Positions 1-14,279 are shown, counted from the first letter of the stretch. The stretch: 64,000 nt of DNA from Chrysomallon squamiferum (GCA_012295275.1 CM022679.1:28396001-28460000); one strand, 5' to 3'. Notes: generated by a model from the sequence alone, not told the origin. Made by a program: numbers and translations.

Positions 1-185
1 CTATATAAATACATCTGAATGTCATTCTCTACATATCTGTCTTTCTAGTCACTGGTCTCTCTCTCTATCTGTCTATCAGTCTGTCTTTCTCTCTCATTCT
101 GACAGTGGGTCTGTATGTCTCTGTATTCTCTGACATCAACCACTCTGAGACTGTTATACATGAACGGACGTGCATAATTTCTTAC

Positions 186-341
186 TTCCAGAATAAATGA
201 GTTGACTTTCGTTTCCTTTCAGCTGTGTGACTGTGTATGTGAGCGACTCGCTTCTGTCTTTTGTGTCATCACGTTCAGTGCGTGATCCTTCATCCTTCCA
301 GTTCTCACATGCAAACGTAAAGTGGTCAATAGTTGAAGTAC
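186..341 (-). CDS. Gene B exon 6 (REJ region: GTSTIDHFTFACENWKDEGSR...QLIYSG)
   Basis: cag acceptor, gtaag donor; homologous to gene A exon 38291-38136 (FTFECKNWKDEGSR); missed by the ORF track. Confidence 0.9.
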
Positions 342-1092
342 CTGGTTTTAAATATTAAAGTGAGCCTAAGTAAATGTACATAACAAATAAATTAGTCAAG
401 ATACATTGCGATTAAAACAACAAATATAATCACAGAGAACGTAGTTCTTTATAACATACACAAACACGGACACATACATACACACATACACATATAGAGA
501 CATATGGATATGCTCATATGCAAGTGCACATAAATACACATGACTGTTGATTCTAGCACAAACAGGAAGATACAGACGAATTTCAAATGGCTTCGAGTAG
601 TATTAGTCGCTCAGAAACTGAACACATTCAGTGACGTTCAAACATACAGCTACACAGCAAAACATACGCGTACATACACCGACACACGTAATGTCCAAAC
701 AGTTAAATCAAACTAATACCATCTGAAGGTTTCACCGAGCATGTTCCGCCATAAGGTTCCTCGTTAACAGCATAGGCGACAGCGGAGAATCCAGGAGATA
801 TGTTTGGTATAGTTACTGTGAGCTTTAACTTGTAGCTTCTCCCCGTTTCCATGAAATCTTCTTTCAGATCAAACGCTTTGGAGTTGAATCCTGTCATTAA
901 ATGATATAAAATGAAATAAGTCATTTAAATTCTCCAAGTAAAATAAGTGAACAAATCAGAAGAACCACACACACAGACATGTACACACATACATATACAC
1001 ACAAATGAAGCTTAATAAATAGTGAACTGTCGTCTGTGTGTATATATATATATACGTATGCATCTATATCTGTCTGTCTGTCTGTCTATCTG

Positions 1093-1170
<78 letters not shown>

Positions 1171-4100
1171 AATCTATCAATCTATGGAAATTAATTAAGC
1201 AACACTCATATTTGCTCTTAAAGAGCAAATGTAACGAACTAGTGGAAAGGATTTCCATACCATATGAAATTTTCATTGAACAGAAAAGGATGAGGAGAAA
1301 CATAAACAGTAACACCATGACACAATGTGGTTTACTTCAAGATGCTACTGATTTGGGAAACAACTGTGGTACATTCAAAAACATTGCGAATTTCAGTGTT
1401 ATTGTACAGACTTAACTGTCAGTACCATGCACACATGTGGTTCACGGAATTAGAAAATAATGTCTGGCAAATCCAAATACTGACCTTCCATCAGTATCTC
1501 ATGTAATCTCACTACACACGAACAGCTACTTCAAGACGCCTCCTCATTCCTTGGATCAATCTCGTTTTGAGGAACCCTGTTCCAATCCTCAGCTAAACAG
1601 CAGTCAATTCACTGAGGGAGTCTCTCTGTCGGACATAACATCCTAAAATGTCTCGCAGAGGCTCAGTGGGATTGAAATCTGCTCTCATGGCTGGCCACGG
1701 AATGGTCTCAACAGTATTGTGTTGCACAAACTGGCTGAAGCATGTGCTCTGAGAGACTTGGCATTGAGATGGGTCTTGTGGCACATTCCTGCATCTCTCA
1801 TTCCAATAATTTGCCGCCTTGTAGCCTCTGACAATTTACGACGTGCCATGTCAATGATCGTGCAAGTTGACAGGAGAGTGAATGACAGTTCATGTGCATT
1901 GTTTGCTATTCACCAAGATGCCACATTTCAATACTGCATTCAGGAAATTGCTCTATTTCCTTAATTCACAGAACTATAGGCCTTTGAACTGGGTGTTGCT
2001 TAATTTATTTCCGTTTATATATATATATATGTGCATGTGTGTGTGCATGTGTGATTGTATATATACATATGTGTGCATGTGTGTGTACGTGTGAATGTGT
2101 ACGTCTGTGTGGGTTTGTGCGTTTGTTTATAATAGAATGTGTACCTGATTCGAGATAGTCGCCTGTGTTTTCAACTGTTACGTATGCGTTGTCTTTGTAT
2201 TCCAAGAATTCCCATTTGTACACTGCTCTAGTCATGTCTGCATCCGAACAGGCAGGACAAACGACGTTAGATTCGTAAATCATGCGCGCTCCTCTCGCTT
2301 TTTTCAGTTCACAGTTGAACTTACATCTGAAACAAATTGACAGTTACTGCAATCCCGTAACCTACAGATAAAGCATGCATAACTTAACAGCTGTTCATTT
2401 GTATTGTTTTTGATTGGCAACGCTTTGTCTGCTGCTGCTGGTGTTGCTGCTGCTGATAATAATAATAATAATAATAACAAAAATGATGATGATGATGATA
2501 TTCATAAAGACGATGATGATAATAATGATATAATGACATGATGACGATGATGTTTAGTAGGAACAGCCCGATGATGAATATTATTCTTCATAGTTTTATG
2601 TTAAAGTTGCTGTGTGGCTATGTTCGGTTAGAAATGTAAGTAAAATGAAATATCAGTGACATAATCATCTACACTACTTACACGAGAGAGACCTCTGGCG
2701 GAGGAACTGCCACGACCTTGATTGCTTGGAATGCTGTGGCTGACCTCTCGTCTTTCGTGACGTTCACCTCAAAGAGCGACCAACTGTCTAGCAGCAGTGA
2801 CGATCCTGCAACTTTTATGATGCCATCGGAGGCCAAATTTATACCACAGGAAGTTTTGTTTCGGAAACTGGTGTCCTTACTTTGAGGCCGAAAATAAATT
2901 TCCAAGTCGCTTTCTGAAACCTGGTAACACTGCCAAGAATAGGAAAGATAATTTTCCTTACCAAAACCAATAACAGGATCGTAAGAGTTACTTGTGGCAT
3001 CGAGAGGAACGTCTGCATTTTTTCCAAAAACTCTTTGTTCTCCACCTGCAACCTCAGCCACCAGTGGTGGGTTTATAAGCTGTAGGTACATGTAATCTTG
3101 GATAGACTTGACAGTCGTATCAAAGACAGTGAGATTACAGGTAAGTTTAAAACTGCCAGGACCAATGTTTGACATTGCAAGGTTATATGCCTTTGAATTG
3201 GGAGTTGGGACATTGAGCTTCTTCCACTGATCAGACACTTTTTCCTCCACTGTCCATGTGTACGTCTGTCCTGTACTGTTTTCACATTTCTCTGTCAGTT
3301 CAATTCGCCCAGAAATAACTGGAATAGATGACATGAGTGCTTTCATTGGAGTTGTTTCAGATTTATAAGTTATTTCAAACATGGAACCAGAATTGAAACA
3401 ATCACTCATAACTTGTATCACAGCTGTGAGGTTTTGCTGTGAGAATCCGTTAGAACACGTTACAGAAATTGACCTTTCACCTGATGTCAAGTATCGGTAC
3501 GCAGGTCCAGTTATTTTAGACGACTGACCGGTAAAGTTCAGACCAGCTTTTGTCAGACTGTCATCACTGAAGTTGAAAACACATGTGACGTTTACGAGGA
3601 AAAAGTTACCCGTATATTCTACTTCGGGTTCGAAATCCAGCATTTGAATGACGTTGTCTGGAATGTTCCAACGTAGATTTTCCACCACGTTACGTATAGT
3701 GATAGAATTAGCAAGAAAAGCAATTTCTGTTCCTTTCGTACTTGTTGAGTGCAGTTGTGGGATAAGGACTCCCCCTTTTACGAATGTGTGAAATAGAGAT
3801 TTTGGAGTTACATCATTGAAAGTAAACGTTTCAGTTTGTCCATCGCCCCAGATAACAACAGTATTAACAGAAACATCAGACAGAAAGTTTTCTAAATTGA
3901 AAGTGAATTTAGTACTAGATATTAGTCCAATACTTTCCGAGGACACCAGTGATATGTCAGAAGCGCCCATTCTCACATTAACAATTTCATTTCTCGTTCT
4001 TCCAGCGTACGTTATGTCGAGTTTCACTTGATACTGGCCTCGGTTTGAGTACGTGTGTTGTTTCTTAAAACTTGTCAGTGGATCGTCAGTTTCAGTAGCA

Positions 4101-7100
4101 GATCCGTCATTAAAATCCCACACGAGTTTGATGTTATGAGGAGGTGTCAGCAAATCGTACAGTTGTAGTTCTATTGTGAAAACTCCAGATTCGCTGTTAT
4201 TTTGAAGATTTACTTGGTTGTAGGACAGGTTAAATGAGTCAACATCGAACTGAATGACTTTAATCGTTTTTGTCAGTAGTATGTTACTCACCTTGTTACT
4301 GCAGTTTAAAACAAAGTCATATGTTCCTGCAGTTGTGTAATTGTGTTGTAGTGTGAGACCCAGACCCGTGGAATCAAAATCAAAATCAGTTGGTTCGTCT
4401 GTCAGTGTGGTTCCATCACCATAATCAATGTCGCAGGAGACATTGGTTGGTTTTGGGACTGTGTCGTTGGTATCTGAAAAGATTCTGAATGTAGCCAAAT
4501 CGTCAGGGATAACGTATGTCCCATCTGGGTCAACCAGCATGTAGCTGTTTGGTAAACCATATTGTGCTTCTAACTGGAACCGGATGGAAACTGTATAAAA
4601 TCCATTATACGCTGTAAAGGTGATATTGTAGAAACCAGGCTGATTGTAGTTATATGTAGTTGGTAGAACAATTGGACTGTATGAGGCACTCATGATGTCA
4701 GGGTCTTTATTCTGGAGAACTGTCGACTCACCGAAGTTAATGTCATAGAGGAAGCCTGAAGGCGGAGGACTGAGAATCTGAAACAGCGGCGAGGATCCAA
4801 CTGAAAAATAGCTTTTGTTGACAGCAAGTGACACATGAAGAGTATCCCAAACATAGATGCTGAATGTCTTGGAAACGTTTGTTCCTATCGGCGACTGTAT
4901 TAACATGGTTACAGTGTAATTTCCTTGTGTTGTAAAAGAACACTGGAAAAATTTGTGTTCTCCAGGCAAGATAACTAAAGTGCGCAACAGATCAGTTTGT
5001 CCACAGGGAAATATTTTCAAACTGACGTCACCCATTGGAACACGAGCTGTTTCACTGAGGTAAACGGAGAAATTAGCTGTTTCCGTTGTTTCGATTAGAC
5101 TTTGATTTACACCAAGGACGAACCCGTCAATGTCGTACAGGACACGCAGACTGAATGTTTCAGACATGTTGCTAATAGCATTCGTTGCTAGGGCCTCTAG
5201 ACTATAATTTCCAGGTGACGTAAAGTTTTTTTCAGCTCGTAGAAAATGACAGTCATCGTTCATCGCAATATTTTCACTGAAGTCGACTGCTAAAGAAACA
5301 TTCGTTCCTTGAGTGATGTTAACGTTAACGACGAACATCGTCCACACTGATATCACAGCATTTCCCCATTCTACCGTCAGTCCTGTGATAGGGTCCATAA
5401 CCGTGATGTTGATATATTGCAAAACGGAATTCCATTTGTTGTACGCATGGAAGATAACTGTGTAACTGCCTGGGTCGCTGTAACTGATGCCAGAAACATC
5501 AATGTCAGTGTAAGTGGAGTACAGAATGTTTTCGTCAGTCTGGTTTCTACTGACGCCATTTCCAAAAACAATTGTATACTGGAAACCGTCTCGTGGAGGC
5601 TCAAGAATGGAGAAAGGGACTGGAGTGTTTGTTCGCACGTTCGGGTTTTCCAAGCATAATGTCACATTGAGGGGATTCCAGACGCTTACCGTGAATGTTT
5701 TGTTCACTGTCCCTAATTCATTGGTGATATTTATTTTTACGGATTTCTCACCTTGCACGGTGTAGTTGCAGGTTATACTGATATGGTTGCCTGGGGTAAC
5801 GGTTAACGGTTCCGTAGATACCTCTCCTCCGCAGTCTTTAATAAGCGTGACGTTACCCATTGGTGTACTGGCATTGGAGTCCAGAGATATCCTCACTGTG
5901 ACAGGCTCCTGTGTGTCTACTGGCAAAGATGATATCAGCTGTATGTCGTAGCCGTTGAGCTCGTAAATGGCCGACACGTCAAAGACGCTGCTATTATGGC
6001 TAATACGATTTGCTGCAATGACCTCTAGCCGGTATGTTCCAGTCGTGTTGAAAGGGTGAGATATATTCATCTGAAGGGTAGGTCCGTCGCAGTTCTTTAT
6101 CATGCGAATCGTACTGTCGAAATCTACGGCAAAAACAGCATTGGTACCCTGCTGAATACTGGCCGTGAGTGGCATCGGTTGGTTTACAGCAACGTATCTG
6201 CAAGAAATGTACATTCACCTCTTAACGTAAATACAACATGTATGTGTGTGTGTGTGTGTGTGTTTATGTGTATGTGTATGTGTACGATACAAAAACAGAT
6301 GGCAATCACATAATAAAAACATAAAAAAATGCAGTGACTACAATAACAAAGTGTCTGAACAAAATTATAATAAAGTGATTGTACTAAAACTAAAATAAAG
6401 TGTTTGTAATAAGCCAAAATAAAGTGATTGTAATAAAACTAAAATAAAGTGTTTGTAATCAAATTAAAATAAAGTGTTTGTAATAAAACTAAAATAAAAT
6501 GTTTGTAATAAAATTATAATAAAGTGATTGTAATAAAACTAAAATAAAGTGACTGTAATAAAACTGAAATAGTGTTGTAATAAATTATAATAAAGTGATT
6601 GTAATAAAACTAAAATAAAGTGTTTGTAATAATCTAAAAATCAAGTGTTTGTAATAAAACTAAAACAAAGTCATTTGAATAAAACTAAAATAAAGTGATT
6701 GTAATAAAACTCAAATAAAGTGTTTGTAATAAAACTAAAATAAGTGATTGTAATAAAACTAAAATAAAGTGATTGTAATAAAACTCAAATAAAGTGTTTG
6801 TAATAAAACTAAAATAAGTGATTGTAATAAAACTAAAATAAAGTGATTGTAATAAAACTAAAATAAAGTGTTTGTAATAAAACTAAAATAAGTGATTGTA
6901 ATAAGATTATAATAAAATTACAATAAAGAGGTTGTAATAAAACTAAAATAAAATGACTAATAAAATTTAAATAAAGTGATTGCAATAAAGTATAATAAAG
7001 TGATTGCAGTAAAACTATAATAAAATTATAATAAAGTGACTGTATTAAAGCTAAAGTAATTGTAATAAAACTATTATATTAAAGTGATTGTAATGAAATA

Positions 7101-9657
7101 ATTATGTTAAAGTGATTGTATTAAAGCTGTTATGTTAAGGTTAAAGAGATTGTAATAAAACTACTATCTCAAAGTCATTGTAATAAAACTATTGTTATAG
7201 TGATTGTAATAAAACTTTTATTTTAAAGTGAATGTAATAAAACTGTATTGTTAAAGTTATTGTATTAAAACTATTATGTTAAAGTGACTGAATCAAAATA
7301 TATCACTGTAATCACTGTAATGTGCAGACACAAACCTGGGAACGTAGTCTACGTTGAAGCCTGTGATAACGTCTTCAACAACAGCAGTCCACAGAATCAC
7401 GCTGGTGTTGCTGGAAACAGGGTCGGTGATTTCGAGTGTTATCTTGAAAGTTCCAGCGCTCGGAAACTTATTGCCGTCGAGGTTATAAGTGTTCAGACCT
7501 GTGTTACATTCTGCAGATATCACAGTGCTTGTTGTATTCAGAGTCAGGGAACCTTTAGTCGCTAAAGGCCAGTCAATGGAGTAGTTTGCTGTACAAGTAG
7601 TACAAGAGCCGTACTGTAGATATATGTATCCATCTTCATCCCCTGTCACCACCAGATTTGTTATGAGGGTTTCAGATTCTAAAACAGAAATGTATGTGGC
7701 ATTTAGTTTAGACGTTTTAAACAATATTTCTTTTAACTGTCTGATTTAAGATAATGAGAGATGAAACTCGCTTCTGTTAACTGTACGTATCAGGTTGCTG
7801 AACGAGTCTATAACGTACAGTTTAGTTAACACACACACACAGCAGAAACACAGTGGACACATGACACACCAATTTACCACGTGACAGTGCAGTATATTAT
7901 TAACAGAGCAAATGACACATAATGGACGATAAGAATGAAAGTCATTTAAAGGAAAAATGGAACTCTTAAATAATATTAGCGATATTACAAACACTGCTCT
8001 ACAACAGCCAACAATACCTCATCCGTGTAACAAACAACCAATACAAGTAACAACAATAAGTCATGTAACAAACAACCAATACAAGTAACAACAATAAGTC
8101 GGCAGTGTAACAAACAACCAATACAAGTAACAACAATAAGTCATGTAACAAACAACCAATACAAGTAACAACAATAACTCATGTAACAAACAACCAATAC
8201 AAGTAACAACAATAAGTCAGCAGTGTAACAAACAACCAATACAAGTAACAACAATAAGTCATGTAACAAACAACAAATACAAATAACAACAATAAGTCAT
8301 GTAACAAACAACCAATACAAGTAACAACAATAAGTCATGTAACAAACAACCAATACAAGTAACAACAATAAGTCATGTAACAAACAACCAGTACAAGTAA
8401 CAAGAATAAGTCAGCAGTGTAACAAACAACCAATACAAGTAACAACAATAACTCATGTAACAAACAACCAATACAAGTAACAACAATAAGTCATGTAACA
8501 AACAACCAATACAAGTAACAACAATAAGTCAGCAATGTAACAAACAACCAATACAAATAACAACAATAAGTCATGTAACAAACAACCAACACAAGTAACA
8601 ACAATAACTCATGTAACAAACAACCAATACAAGTAACAACAATAACTCATGTAACAAACAACCAATACAAGTAACAACAATAAGTCAGCAATGTAACAAA
8701 CAACCAATACAAGTAACAACAATAAGTCATGTAACAAACAACCAGTACAAGTAACAAGAATAAGCTCTGTGAGAAGAGATTAGTGTGAGATTTGGTTACT
8801 GTGATAAGTAGACCAGCAGTGCAATACATGCAATCAGTGACACAGACTCAGTGTTTCTTTATCATGTTCAATGCTTAATGCTTTTGTATGTTTGAACTCA
8901 CACATATAGACACACACCAATAATCTCACACATACAATAATGCACACTGCAACATGCCACGCATACACACACACTGACACATGCACACAGACTGACATTT
9001 ACACATACACAGATAACCCTTAACACATGTTGCAAAGAATCTGTTGTATGCAAATGTTGCACGATCTTCGATTACAGCTGGTAGAAGGGAACGGATTGAT
9101 TTGACCCCGCCATCTCTGACACCCTGTTCATGGGACGTGCTGTCCTGTTCGTAATCTACGTTTCAGAAACACATTACTACTAATAGGACGTGTTTCAGCC
9201 GAGGAATTAGCCGGAAATTAACAACTGTTTAATTATAACACCAAAAATGCTTTGTCAAGCTTGAAAAAACTTCATTAAACAAAATAAAAGTAGAACTCCA
9301 TAACTAAATAATACAGGAGTTATAAAAATTTAAAAACTGTACTTGTCATATCTGACTGTTTCCTTTCTTAATTGATAATTACGAAAAGAGCCCAACCCTT
9401 CCTTTCATTTCACAGTTAAATGTAATCCATTGTTATCACGCGTTCAAATGTGTTTCTGTATTACTGAGAAAGTTATAGAACATTTATTATTGACGGCAAG
9501 AACTACATGAAGTGTCTTCTTTTATTGCTACAATCATTACTTTTTTATTTCAGTATTGTCTGACGTACAAAATTAATTTCTGCATCGCCAGCGATTTACA
9601 AAAGTCATACTACATGAAAGGGAAAAAGACTCAGAAAAGAAACATGAATTTCTTTAT

Positions 9658-9692
<35 letters not shown>

Positions 9693-11647
9693 TTTCTGAA
9701 ATATTCGCTGGGAAGAATTAGGCTGAATTTCGACGAAAAGAAAAATGTCTGTAACGCCAGAAAATATACTGAATGTTTTGTAAAATACTCAACACACTGT
9801 GAGATTCCAAACACACCATATAAAATATCTTTAGAGTAAATACACTAAATAAAATATTTATAAATATCAATTAGTTACGTAAACACACTAGATATGATAT
9901 TTATTAGCTAAGTAAACACACTAGATATGATATTTATTAGCTAAGTAAGCACACTAGATATGATATTTGTTAGCTAAATAAACACACTAGATATGATAGT
10001 TGTTAGCTAAGTAAAGACACTAGATATGATATTTATTAGTTTAGTTAGTACACTTGATAAGATATTTATTAAGTAAAAGAATTAGATATGATATTTATTA
10101 ACTAAGTAAACAGACTAGATAAGATATTCATTAGTTAAGTAAACAAACTAGAGATGATATTTATTAGCTAAGTAAATACACTAGAGATGATATTTATTAG
10201 CTAAATAAACAGACTTGATAAAATATTTATAAGCTATGTAATTAGTTAAGTAAGCACACTAGGTATGATATTTGTTAGTTAAGTAAACACACTAATGGTG
10301 TTATTTGTTAGCTAAGTAAACAAGCTAGGTATGATATTTGTTAGCTAAGTAAACAAGCTAGGTATGATATTTGTTAGCTAAGTAAACAAGCTAGGTATGT
10401 TATTTGTTAGTTAAGTAAACAAACTAGGTATGATATTTGTTAGCTAAGTAAACACACTAATGGTGTTATTTGTTAGTTAAGTAAACACACTAATGGTGTT
10501 ATTTGTTAGCTAAGTAAACAAACTAGGTATGATATTTGTTAGTTAAGTAAACACACTAATGGTGTTATTTGTTAGCTAAGTAAACAAACTAGGTATGATA
10601 TTTGTTAGTTAAGTAAACACACTAATGGTGTTATTTGTTAGCGAAGTAAACAAACTAGGTATGATATTTGTTAGTTAAGTAAACACACTAATGGTGTTAT
10701 TTGTTAGCTAAGTAAACACACTAGGTATGATATTTGTTAGCTAAGTAAACAAGCTAGGTATGATATTTGTTAGCTAAGTAAACAAATAGGTATGATATTT
10801 GTTAGCTAAGTAAACAAGCTAGGTATGATATTTGTTAGCTAAGTAAACAAGCTAGGTATGATATTTGTTAGCTAAGTAAACAAGCTAGGTATGATATTTG
10901 TTAGCTAAGTAAACAAACTAGGTATGATATTTGTTAGTTAAGTAAACACACTAATGGTGTTATTTGTTAGTTAAGTAAACACACGAATGGTGTTATTTGT
11001 TAGCTAAGTAAACACACTAGGTATGATATTTGTTAGCTAAGTAAACAAGCTAGGTATGATATTTGTTAGCTAAGTAAACAAACTAGGTATGATATTTGTT
11101 AGCAAAGTAAACACACTAGGTATGATATTTGTTAGCTAAGTAAACACACTAATGGTTTTATTTGTTAGCTAAGTAAACAAGCTATGTATGATATTTGTTA
11201 GTTAAGTAAACACACTAGGTATAATATTTGTCAGCTAAGTAGACCTGATATATTTATGTTTGTCTTTATTAAGTAAACACACTAGGTATAATATTTGTCA
11301 GCTAAGTAGACCTGATATATTTATGTTTGTCTTTATTAATGATAATCAAACTGTCTATTAACGGTAGTTCTGTGAGCTAAGAGAAATAAATAGATTTTTA
11401 GCTAGATATGTCAGCTTCATGTAATAGTTATAATGTGACAAGAATAAAGTGTTGAGAGATGATAATAAAAATAAGAAATAAAACTTGGGCTAATTTTTGA
11501 GAAACGAAAGTGAAAATGGAAAAGTAACAGGGTTAAGAGAATCAAAATGTGTGATTCTTTTCAAGGCTTTGATGATTTTTGTTCTGCTCATAAATTATAT
11601 TTTCTGAATTCCACATTAAAATGTTTTCTAATTTCTTTTTAAATTAG

Positions 11648-11693
<46 letters not shown>

Positions 11694-12947
11694 TTTATTT
11701 ATTATTTTTTTTTTAATCAATATAAATTTAATTAGTAAATGAAAAATGAAGACTAAATTTTAATACTGACATGAGCTTAATAATATAAGTTTTAAAAACT
11801 GAAGCTTGTCTTGTCTGTTTCTGTTATTAACTGAAAACAGCGTGGCGCATTCACCAGGCTTTCATGGCTGATTTTTTTCATGGCTGATTTTTTTCAGAGT
11901 CGTAATTTTTTGTTTCACAGCGTGAAGTGCAAATCAATAAAAAAAATATCTATTAAAAACAATTTAAAAATTCACAGTAGCCTATTTAATTTGTGAATAA
12001 ACCGAAAATTTACGTTTTCAGTTTGTATCGTGAATCGTGAAATGTTGAGTTTCGATAAACACTAATTGTTCTTGTTTAACAAATCATACTAAAAAACATT
12101 TTAAAACACAGTCTATTTCACAAGTCGCTATTCGAGAAACCATATTTAAATATTTTAACACCAGTAATGATTTTGTGACAAGGGTTTGTTTTCATTTCGC
12201 AACCGAGTGTTTTTAACTAGTGAAATAACATATGTTAGAAATAGCTCTGTAATTTACTATTCATCAGCAACCATTCATGTCCGGCTTTACAGTTTGGAAA
12301 TCAACACGCATTGTCTTCGTGTGTATCTGATAACTATCAAACATAGAATCCAATAGTAAACTACAGAGTTCACTGTCAACATTATACAATAGAGAAATGT
12401 ATCAATCCACCGCTCCAAACATACATGCACAGAAATATATCAAAAGAAAAAAGATTTTACAAACGTATTATGATTGTTAGACCTCATTGAATATCCCAGC
12501 ACAATAAAGAAAGAAACAAATAAATAAACGAATAATTAAATAAATAATTAAAAAGCATAAATAAAGGTTAAAAATAGAAAATACATTTTGAACTTGATGA
12601 AAGAATGATCCTTTAGAAACGCTGGAGCAATGTTTCTCTATTTGAAATAATTTCTTTTGAAATTAATTATTTGATTTGAATACACTGAATTCTGGATAGG
12701 CAGGGCTAAACAGAAATATTTATTTATTTATTTAGCTTTTAAATAATTATAAAAATCTTTCATCAAATCTGTAAATAGAAGCGTCATAACCCTAGTTCAT
12801 TGTTTAATAAAATTTAATAAAAATACGTTAAATAAAACAATAGAACGTGAAAAGAATCACTCCCACACACGCACGCACAGATAAACATACAGACAGCTAG
12901 ACAGACAAACAGACAGACAGATAAAACGATAGATAGGTAGATAAAGA

Positions 12948-12983
<36 letters not shown>

Positions 12984-13313
12984 GGGTAGGTAGTCAGGTA
13001 TGTTTAGTATGTTTATGGACAGACATTCAGACGGAACAGTTGTTTCTCAACATTTCAATACATTTCAAAACAGATACAAATGAAACAGTTATACATATTA
13101 ACAACATCAAAAACAAATTCAGTTTTCTCAACAAAACAACAGCCGTGTTCGAAAGACTACTTAACAAATGTTTAAAAAAATCTAATTAATAAAACTGAAT
13201 GGAAAAAAAAATAATAAGTTGTACACAGATAAACATAATAAAACATAAAACTCACCTTGAGAGAGGAGAAAAAAGACGAGAAGAAAGAGCAAACTGTGAA
13301 GTTTTGACATCAT
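186..13313 (-). CDS. Gene B: paralogous polycystin-1 family protein, 5' six exons (3' part outside the window)
   Basis: Exons 13313-13256, 7678-7336, 6197-2682, 2326-2145, 890-720, 341-186 with GT..AG and matching phases; exons 4-6 have the same lengths as gene A exons 4-6 (182, 171, 156 nt) and clearly homologous translations. Confidence 0.9.
720..890 (-). CDS. Gene B exon 5 (REJ: ...VNEEPYGGTCSVKPSDG)
   Basis: Within ORF 703..924; PxGGxCxVxP REJ motif; 171 nt, as in gene A exon 5. Confidence 0.9.
1183..2018 (-). mobile_element. Internally deleted, degenerate Tc1/mariner DNA transposon in gene B intron 4
   Basis: Inverted termini ggaaattaattaagcaacac (1186-1205) and gtgttgcttaatttatttcc (1993-2012), TA run on the right. 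Minus strand gives an N-terminal MARRKLSEATRRQIIGMRDAGM (ATG 1849), then WPAMRADFNPTEPLRDIL (decayed WPxxSPDLNPIE motif) and a MRRRLEVAV...MRY-stop C-terminus with an internal stop. Confidence 0.8.
2145..2326 (-). CDS. Gene B exon 4 (REJ: CKFNCELKK...VVCPACS)
   Basis: cag acceptor, gtac donor; overlaps ORF 2005..2283; homologous to 39360-39179. Confidence 0.9.
2682..6197 (-). CDS. Gene B exon 3: 3516-nt exon, tandem PKD domains plus start of REJ
   Basis: 1178-aa ORF; acceptor ttcttgcag, donor gtaagt; motifs IDYGDG, WDFNDG, IWGDG, LDATSNSYDP, YSWQC; many N-glycosylation sequons. Confidence 0.95.
6350..7290. repeat. ~25-bp AT-rich minisatellite (gtaataaaactaaaataaagtgatt) grading into a ~28-bp variant
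   Basis: Directly visible tandem units filling most of gene B intron 2. Confidence 0.9.
7336..7678 (-). CDS. Gene B exon 2 (Cys-containing beta-rich N-terminal domain, ends DYVPR)
   Basis: ORF 7293..7724; acceptor tttctgttttag (phase 1), donor cccag/gtttgt (phase 2) joins exon 3 in frame. Confidence 0.85.
8025..8763. repeat. 38-bp minisatellite (tgtaacaaacaaccaatacaagtaacaacaataagtca) with a 42-bp variant
   Basis: About 19 near-perfect tandem units in gene B intron 1. Confidence 0.95.
9870..11340. repeat. 33-bp minisatellite (ttagctaagtaaacacactagatatgatattta), about 40 units
   Basis: Visible tandem array with two alternating sub-variants and a terminal ~66-bp duplication. Confidence 0.95.
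13256..13313 (-). CDS. Gene B exon 1, signal peptide MMSKLHSLLFLLVFFLLSQ
   Basis: ATG, hydrophobic core and a strong caag/gtgag donor in phase 1, in frame with exon 2. Confidence 0.8.
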
Positions 13314-13963
13314 TGTGCTTTGGACATCCTCATCCACAAAATCTCCAGATACTAACTGTAGGTAAGTTGCCGTACGTTTTTAAGGACTCAGTTTGCTGTA
13401 CTTGTGGTCGAATTTCAAAGTTCTATGAATCGCTTTCCAATACACTGTGGTTATATTTCCTCTTTAAAAATTTAACAACACCACGGTCGATATATAGATT
13501 TGTTGGTGGATTAGAAAGCGACTCACTTCAAGGGTCTGTGATGAAGAGTGGATTCAAGGAGACATGTCGTACCTATGAGCGAAACATAAGTGTTGTTTTT
13601 GTTTGTCTCAGTCGCCTCTCCGCGCCAGATGCCCACGTTGTCAGTCAATAACATCGATAATTAATGTAAACACTGAATAGCTTTTATCCCAAACTACAGT
13701 GAAACATTCAAATATGAAACCTCCTGAACAGCTACTTAAATATGCTTCGCCGTGGTTTAAACCATCGAAAAGCAGACGACAGTTGTAATACATTAATTAA
13801 ACAAAACTTGGAGCTTAGATTTACTGTCTGTACATGGTTGTGCAAATGAATAATTTAAGTGTATTTTGCATATTTCAACGTTTTTTGTTGTAGTTTTTGT
13901 TCAAATGTAAACATTTTGCATACTTTGAAATGATTGCCTTTATTTTAGTTTTGTTTTTCTCTG

Positions 13964-13994
<31 letters not shown>

Positions 13995-14007
13995 ATTCTA
14001 CATAAGG

Positions 14008-14058
<51 letters not shown>

Positions 14059-14212
14059 TCTCTGTTGAATGTAAATGTACAGTTTGTTAAATCAGAATAA
14101 TTGTTTGTTTGTTGTTGTTTTTTTTTGTTTTTTTTGTTTTCTAAATGATACAGAGATGGTAAACATAAACTAAAAGATGTTTTACTCGAATTTTGAAACA
14201 GCCATGATGTGG

Positions 14213-14279
<67 letters not shown>

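Noticed and set aside
13199-13651. 150-aa plus-strand ORF
   Set aside because: Antisense to gene B exon 1 and its 5' region, with no recognisable motif; likely chance.
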